A DNA stretch of 29,403 bases from an uncultured Pirellulales bacterium. GTDB lineage: Bacteria; Planctomycetota; Phycisphaerae; Sedimentisphaerales; Anaerohalosphaeraceae. Under the pieces are notes generated by a model that saw only the letters and a list, made by a program, of their open reading frames with translations, was not told the origin of the DNA and did not search any database. Made by a program: the position numbers and the translations under genes. The DNA is taken from contig CAZAYB010000007.1 of assembly GCA_964489215.1 (NCBI GenBank), positions 1 to 29,403 on the forward strand, given 5' to 3'. Shown here one piece after another: positions 25,724-29,403 of the stretch. The stretch's first letter is position 1; each line of letters starts with the position of its first letter.

Positions 25724-26353
25724 TTAGCTTTCCCTGGCCTTTTCAGTTGCATTCACAAAATATATCAGATTTTCAAGCTCTGCCTCGACGTTGATATTGT
25801 TTACTACAACATCCCAATCATTTCTAAGCCGAATCGGAGCAAAATTCATAAATCCTTTAACTCCGGAATTAACCATTATTTCAAAAACCTGCTGGGCTGC
25901 GTAATCCGGAACACTTATTATGCCCAGTGAAATTCCATTTTCCTTTATAAACTCACCAAGTTTTTCAAGTCCGTAAACTGGAATAGGCACTTCTTTGCTG
26001 AATTTACCAGGGTCAATGTCAAAACCTGCAACTATTCGCATACCGCTTTTCTCAAAACCATGATAATTCATCAAAGCCTTGCCTATATTTCCTACCCCAA
26101 CCAGCACAAAATCCTTAACCTCATCTTTGCCGAGAACTTTGTTGAGCTGTTCTATCAGTTCATCAATCTTGTAACCCCCGCGTCGATTGCCTGTTATTCC
26201 AAAAAGAGAAAAGTCTTTTCTAACCTGTGAAGCGGTAACCCCCGCTGCATCTGCAAGGTTATCGGAAAAAACACGAACAAAGTTAAGGCTTTTTAGCCGA
26301 TTTACTGCATTTTTGTACTTTGAAAGCCGATTTATCACACTTTTGTTAGGCAT
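25724..26353 (-). CDS. rex: Redox-sensing (NADH/NAD+) transcriptional repressor Rex
   Basis: 'RLSKY', 'S..LA...GVTASQVRKDFS..G..G..GGY' wHTH; Rossmann GVGNIG..L.NY; 'AGFD'; 'NFAP'. Confidence 0.95.
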   Translation of the reverse strand: MPNKSVINRLSKYKNAVNRLKSLNFVRVFSDNLADAAGVTASQVRKDFSLFGITGNRRGGYKIDELIEQLNKVLGKDEVKDFVLVGVGNIGKALMNYHGFEKSGMRIVAGFDIDPGKFSKEVPIPVYGLEKLGEFIKENGISLGIISVPDYAAQQVFEIMVNSGVKGFMNFAPIRLRNDWDVVVNNINVEAELENLIYFVNATEKARES

Positions 26354-26446
26354 ATTTTACACCAAAAAAAACATTTATTGTTACAAATTAGCATTTATTT
26401 CAGGTTTTTGTCACAAATAATCTGCAGTTGTTGTGATCTTTACCTT

Positions 26447-26475
26447 AATATACTAAGATGCAATGAGCTTGTCAA
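26447..26475 (-). promoter_or_regulatory. sigma70 promoter of the rex-hyd operon
   Basis: Minus strand TTGACA (26475-26470), 17-nt spacer, TATATT (26452-26447). Confidence 0.7.
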
Positions 26476-26482
26476 GGTTTAT

Positions 26483-26500
26483 TTGTGAATTTTTTCACAT
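26483..26500. promoter_or_regulatory. Rex operator
   Basis: TTGTGAA-TTTT-TTCACAT, 13/14 match to the known Rex consensus TTGTGAA-N4-TTCACAA, located upstream of rex. Confidence 0.8.
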
Positions 26501-26522
26501 ATTTTTAATGATTTAATTGTAG

Positions 26523-26528
26523 TATAAT
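26523..26528 (+). promoter_or_regulatory. Candidate -10 element for the divergent sensor kinase gene
   Basis: Perfect TATAAT; no good -35 at 16-18 nt spacing (that region abuts the Rex box). Confidence 0.35.
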
Positions 26529-26697
26529 AGGTAAAGTTATTCCTTGAATTTCCAGGCTGTTTTAGTCGACCCATAAACGCTTGGTTTATCATGCTTTGAC
26601 CCACTGTTTTTGCCCATAAAAATGACTTTTTTGCATAAGCTCTATAATAAAACATCCGATTTACAATTGTTAGGCGATACAGCATTAAGAGGATGCA

Positions 26698-29199
26698 ATG
26701 AGTTGTGATATTAACAAGATTGGAAAGTTTTTCATATTACCCGCCCTGGCCTGTTGGGTCTTGCTGGTTTACCCCTGTTTTGCCCATGGCAAAGAGGCAG
26801 ACCCGCATAATCAGAAAATAATAATCGGAGGAGACTATAATTACCCGCCCTATGAATTTCTTGATAAAAACGGCGAGCCGACTGGCTACAATGTTGAGCT
26901 TACAAAAGCTATCGGCGATGTCATGGGAATGAAAGTCGATATTCAGCTTGGACCATGGGGGCAGATCAGGGACAAACTCGAAAAAAAACAAATCAACGCT
27001 ATCCACGGTATGTTCCATTCTTCTGAAAGAGACAAGGTTGTCGATTTCACCCCTGCTCATACCATTATTTACCACGCCGTTTTCGTAAGAAAAAACTCCC
27101 TCAAGATAACTAAAGAAACCCAGCTGCGCAACAAGGATATAATCGTTATGGATGGCGATATAATGCACGACTACACTATTGAAAAAAATCTTTCGCAAAA
27201 TGTCATCACCGTACCGAACCAGGCCGATGCTCTCAGGCTCCTGTCCAGTGGAAAATATGATTGTGCGCTGATTGCAAAACTGCCGGGCCTGTACTGGATA
27301 AATCAGCTCAAACTTCAAAACCTCACAACCACAGGTCCTCTTATCAGACAGGCAAAGTATTGCTATGCCGTCCCGCAAGGCGAATTGGATTTGCAGAATA
27401 TGTTATCAACCGGACTGGCAATATTAAAAGAAAACGGAAGATATAATGAAATTTATGACAAATGGCTCGGTGTTTATGACGACAGAAAGCTTGAAGTAAA
27501 ATATGCCGGTATCATTGTATTAGCAATACTGGTTCCCGGGTTACTGATTATTGGTGCGGTTTGCCTGTGGTCTTTCACGCTGAAAAAACAGGTAAACCAG
27601 CAAACCGCAAAACTGCAGAAGGAGATACAGACAAGAGCAGCCGTGCAAACTGAGCTCGATGAACAGCAAAGGTATCTCCAGAAAATATTTAATAATGTCA
27701 ATGTCGGGATAATACTTATAGACCCGGTTACACATACCATTGAGGATATTAATTCAGCTGCAGTTAAAAAAATAGGACTCCCCAAAAAGGATATTGTCGG
27801 AAAGGTCTGTCACAATTTCATATGTCCCGCTCAGATGGAAAACTGCCCGATTACAGACCAGAAAAAGGACATAGATAATTCTGAAAAAACCCTTATTACC
27901 GCCAATAAATTAAAAGAAATGCCGATTCTCAAAACCGTGACAAAAGTAAATCTGAAAGGCAAATGCTACCTTCTCGAGTCTTTTGTTGATATCTCCCTCC
28001 AGAAGAGCGCGCAGAATAAAACCGCTAAAGAGACCGCTAAATTATGGGCCATGATATCAGGAATGGAAGATGCGGTTATCTTCGCCGATGACCATGATAA
28101 GCTGATAGAGGTAAACCCGGCCGCCGAGAAATTCCTGAGGGTACCAAGGGATGTACTGCTTAACAGGACTCTTTGGGATCTCAGTTCCATTAAAGGAATC
28201 AAGGAAATAAAGGAAATAGTTAAAAATTTCAAAAATCAACAAAAGCCTCACCCTGTCTTTGTCTCTGAATCAAACCAGGACAAAAGATATGAAATTAGAA
28301 TTCAACCCATAATGAACTTTGATCAGTATAACGGCGTACTGCTTAACATTGTAGATGTTACAAAACTGGTAACTGCCACCGAACAGGCAGAAAAAATAAA
28401 TCATCAGATCGAGGAGATGAATGTTGAATTGCAGACTTCGATGGAAAAGGCAAAGCTCATGGCAAAGGAAGCATATATGGCAAGTCAGGCAAAAAGCGAA
28501 TTCCTTGCCAATATGAGCCATGAAATAAGAACACCATTAAATTCCATAATCGGTTTTTCTGAGCTCCTTACAGAAGAAATTCAGGACCCCCAGCAAAAAC
28601 AGATGATAGATGCTGTACAAAACTCAGGTAACCATTTACTTCAGCTTATTAACGATATACTCGATTTCTCGAAAATAGAAGCGGGAAAACTTGAATTTGA
28701 CATTGCCGAATTCAATATAAAAAACTGTCTTGATGAAATTTCAGGAATTTGTAAGCATTCGGCAACTATAAAGGACATTGATTTTAAAATCGATGCCGCT
28801 GACAATCTGCCCCAACACCTGTTAAGCGACGTCGTAAGGCTAAAGCAATGCCTCTTAAACCTTGTCAATAATGCGATTAAATTTACAGACCACGGAAGTG
28901 TAACCTTAAAGGTAACAGCTGAAAAAATCGATTCTGACCAGATCATAAGGTTCGATGTAATTGATACCGGAATTGGAATTGAAAAGGAAAAGATTGATAC
29001 CATTTTTGAATCTTTCTCACAGGCAGACAACAGTACAACAAGAAAATATGGCGGTACAGGATTGGGGCTGGCTATTACAAAAAAACTGGTCGAATGTCTA
29101 AACGGCAAAATCACAGTGGACAGTCAGCCGAATAAAGGTTCCGTTTTCTCAATTTTTCTGCCCGTAAAACAGCAAGCTGTTTCAAATACATCTGCTTAA
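26698..29199 (+). CDS. Sensor histidine kinase: signal/TM - periplasmic amino-acid-binding-like (SBP family 3) domain - TM - PAS - PAS - HisKA - HATPase_c; no receiver
   Basis: 'GGDYNYPPYEF...G.PTG.NVEL', 'ENGRYNEIYDKW', TM, PAS 'NSAAVKKIG' and 'VNPAAEKFL', H-box 'KSEFLANMSHEIRTPLN', 'NLVNNAIKFT', 'DTGIGI', 'FSQAD.STTRKYGGTGLGLAI'. Confidence 0.93.
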   Translation: MSCDINKIGKFFILPALACWVLLVYPCFAHGKEADPHNQKIIIGGDYNYPPYEFLDKNGEPTGYNVELTKAIGDVMGMKVDIQLGPWGQIRDKLEKKQINAIHGMFHSSERDKVVDFTPAHTIIYHAVFVRKNSLKITKETQLRNKDIIVMDGDIMHDYTIEKNLSQNVITVPNQADALRLLSSGKYDCALIAKLPGLYWINQLKLQNLTTTGPLIRQAKYCYAVPQGELDLQNMLSTGLAILKENGRYNEIYDKWLGVYDDRKLEVKYAGIIVLAILVPGLLIIGAVCLWSFTLKKQVNQQTAKLQKEIQTRAAVQTELDEQQRYLQKIFNNVNVGIILIDPVTHTIEDINSAAVKKIGLPKKDIVGKVCHNFICPAQMENCPITDQKKDIDNSEKTLITANKLKEMPILKTVTKVNLKGKCYLLESFVDISLQKSAQNKTAKETAKLWAMISGMEDAVIFADDHDKLIEVNPAAEKFLRVPRDVLLNRTLWDLSSIKGIKEIKEIVKNFKNQQKPHPVFVSESNQDKRYEIRIQPIMNFDQYNGVLLNIVDVTKLVTATEQAEKINHQIEEMNVELQTSMEKAKLMAKEAYMASQAKSEFLANMSHEIRTPLNSIIGFSELLTEEIQDPQQKQMIDAVQNSGNHLLQLINDILDFSKIEAGKLEFDIAEFNIKNCLDEISGICKHSATIKDIDFKIDAADNLPQHLLSDVVRLKQCLLNLVNNAIKFTDHGSVTLKVTAEKIDSDQIIRFDVIDTGIGIEKEKIDTIFESFSQADNSTTRKYGGTGLGLAITKKLVECLNGKITVDSQPNKGSVFSIFLPVKQQAVSNTSA

Positions 29200-29365
29200 A
29201 GCGTTACCTCGCCTTAAACAGCATTTCCTTAGCTGATTCACCAATATTAAGCCTTTTTATACTCCAAATATAGGGTTTTCCTTATTGTCAACTTGAAATA
29301 TCTGTAATATCATATTATGTCATAAAAAGTAAAAGACTTTATCTTGAATTTAGAAAGGATTAAAA

Positions 29366-29403
29366 ATGGGATTTCTTTCGTGGGCACTGATTTTCCTTGT
29401 CGT
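29366..29403 (+). CDS. Probable DUF1328 (UPF0391/YtjA-like) small membrane protein, truncated by the window edge
   Basis: AAAGGA (29354-29359) before ATG 29366; reads MGFLSWALIFLV.., matching the typical family start 'ML.WALIFLVVA'. Only 12 codons visible. Confidence 0.6.
   Translation, partial: MGFLSWALIFLV

Noticed and set aside
26369-26448. Additional full Rex operators near the rex start
   Set aside because: Only single half-sites (GTTACAA, GTCACAA, TTGTGAT) with non-matching partners; not called as operators.
26479-26685. 68-aa minus-strand ORF upstream of rex
   Set aside because: Lies over the divergent promoter and Rex operator, no RBS, AT-rich composition.
1-29403. Remaining short ORFs in the track that overlap larger genes; mobile elements, CRISPR arrays, structural RNA genes
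   Set aside because: The overlapping ORFs are shadows of well-supported genes with no motifs or RBS. I saw no repeat-spacer array, terminal inverted repeats, transposase/integrase, tRNA or rRNA sequence. The hyd cluster looks slightly more GC-rich by eye, but that was not computed and is not evidence of transfer.

Overview
Bacterial chromosomal window with no rRNA, tRNA, CRISPR array, integrase or transposase that I can recognise. The gene set (HTH-receiver regulator, HDOD kinase, long LptF/G permease) suggests an anaerobic Planctomycetota (Phycisphaerae-like) host; this is inference only. Left third (1-12.9 kb): a minus-strand signalling trio (HTH+receiver regulator, HDOD-histidine kinase, GAF-like protein), a metallophosphoesterase/glycosyltransferase pair, two hypotheticals, a CYTH protein, a 45-aa small ORF behind a consensus sigma70 promoter, an LptF/G permease, and a DedA + TIGR04283-like + TIGR04282-like trio. 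The main feature is a 13-gene, 13.4-kb minus-strand cluster (26353->12927) with gaps of -17 to about +95 nt: rex - Cache histidine kinase - hydD - hydB - hydA - hydG - hydC - hydE - receiver - aspA - hydF - receiver - small ACT-like protein. It holds a tetrameric NAD-linked, probably electron-bifurcating [FeFe]-hydrogenase, all three maturases, an ammonia-lyase and its own regulators. Unusual points: HydA has non-canonical H-cluster motifs (TSCSSAW, MCCTAKKYE), HydG has a CX5CX19C auxiliary motif, and the embedded two-component system has no DNA-binding output. A 13/14-match Rex operator lies between the operon promoter and a divergent SBP-PAS-PAS kinase gene. A probable DUF1328 gene starts at the right edge. 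All domain calls come from motif recognition by eye; no database searches were run.
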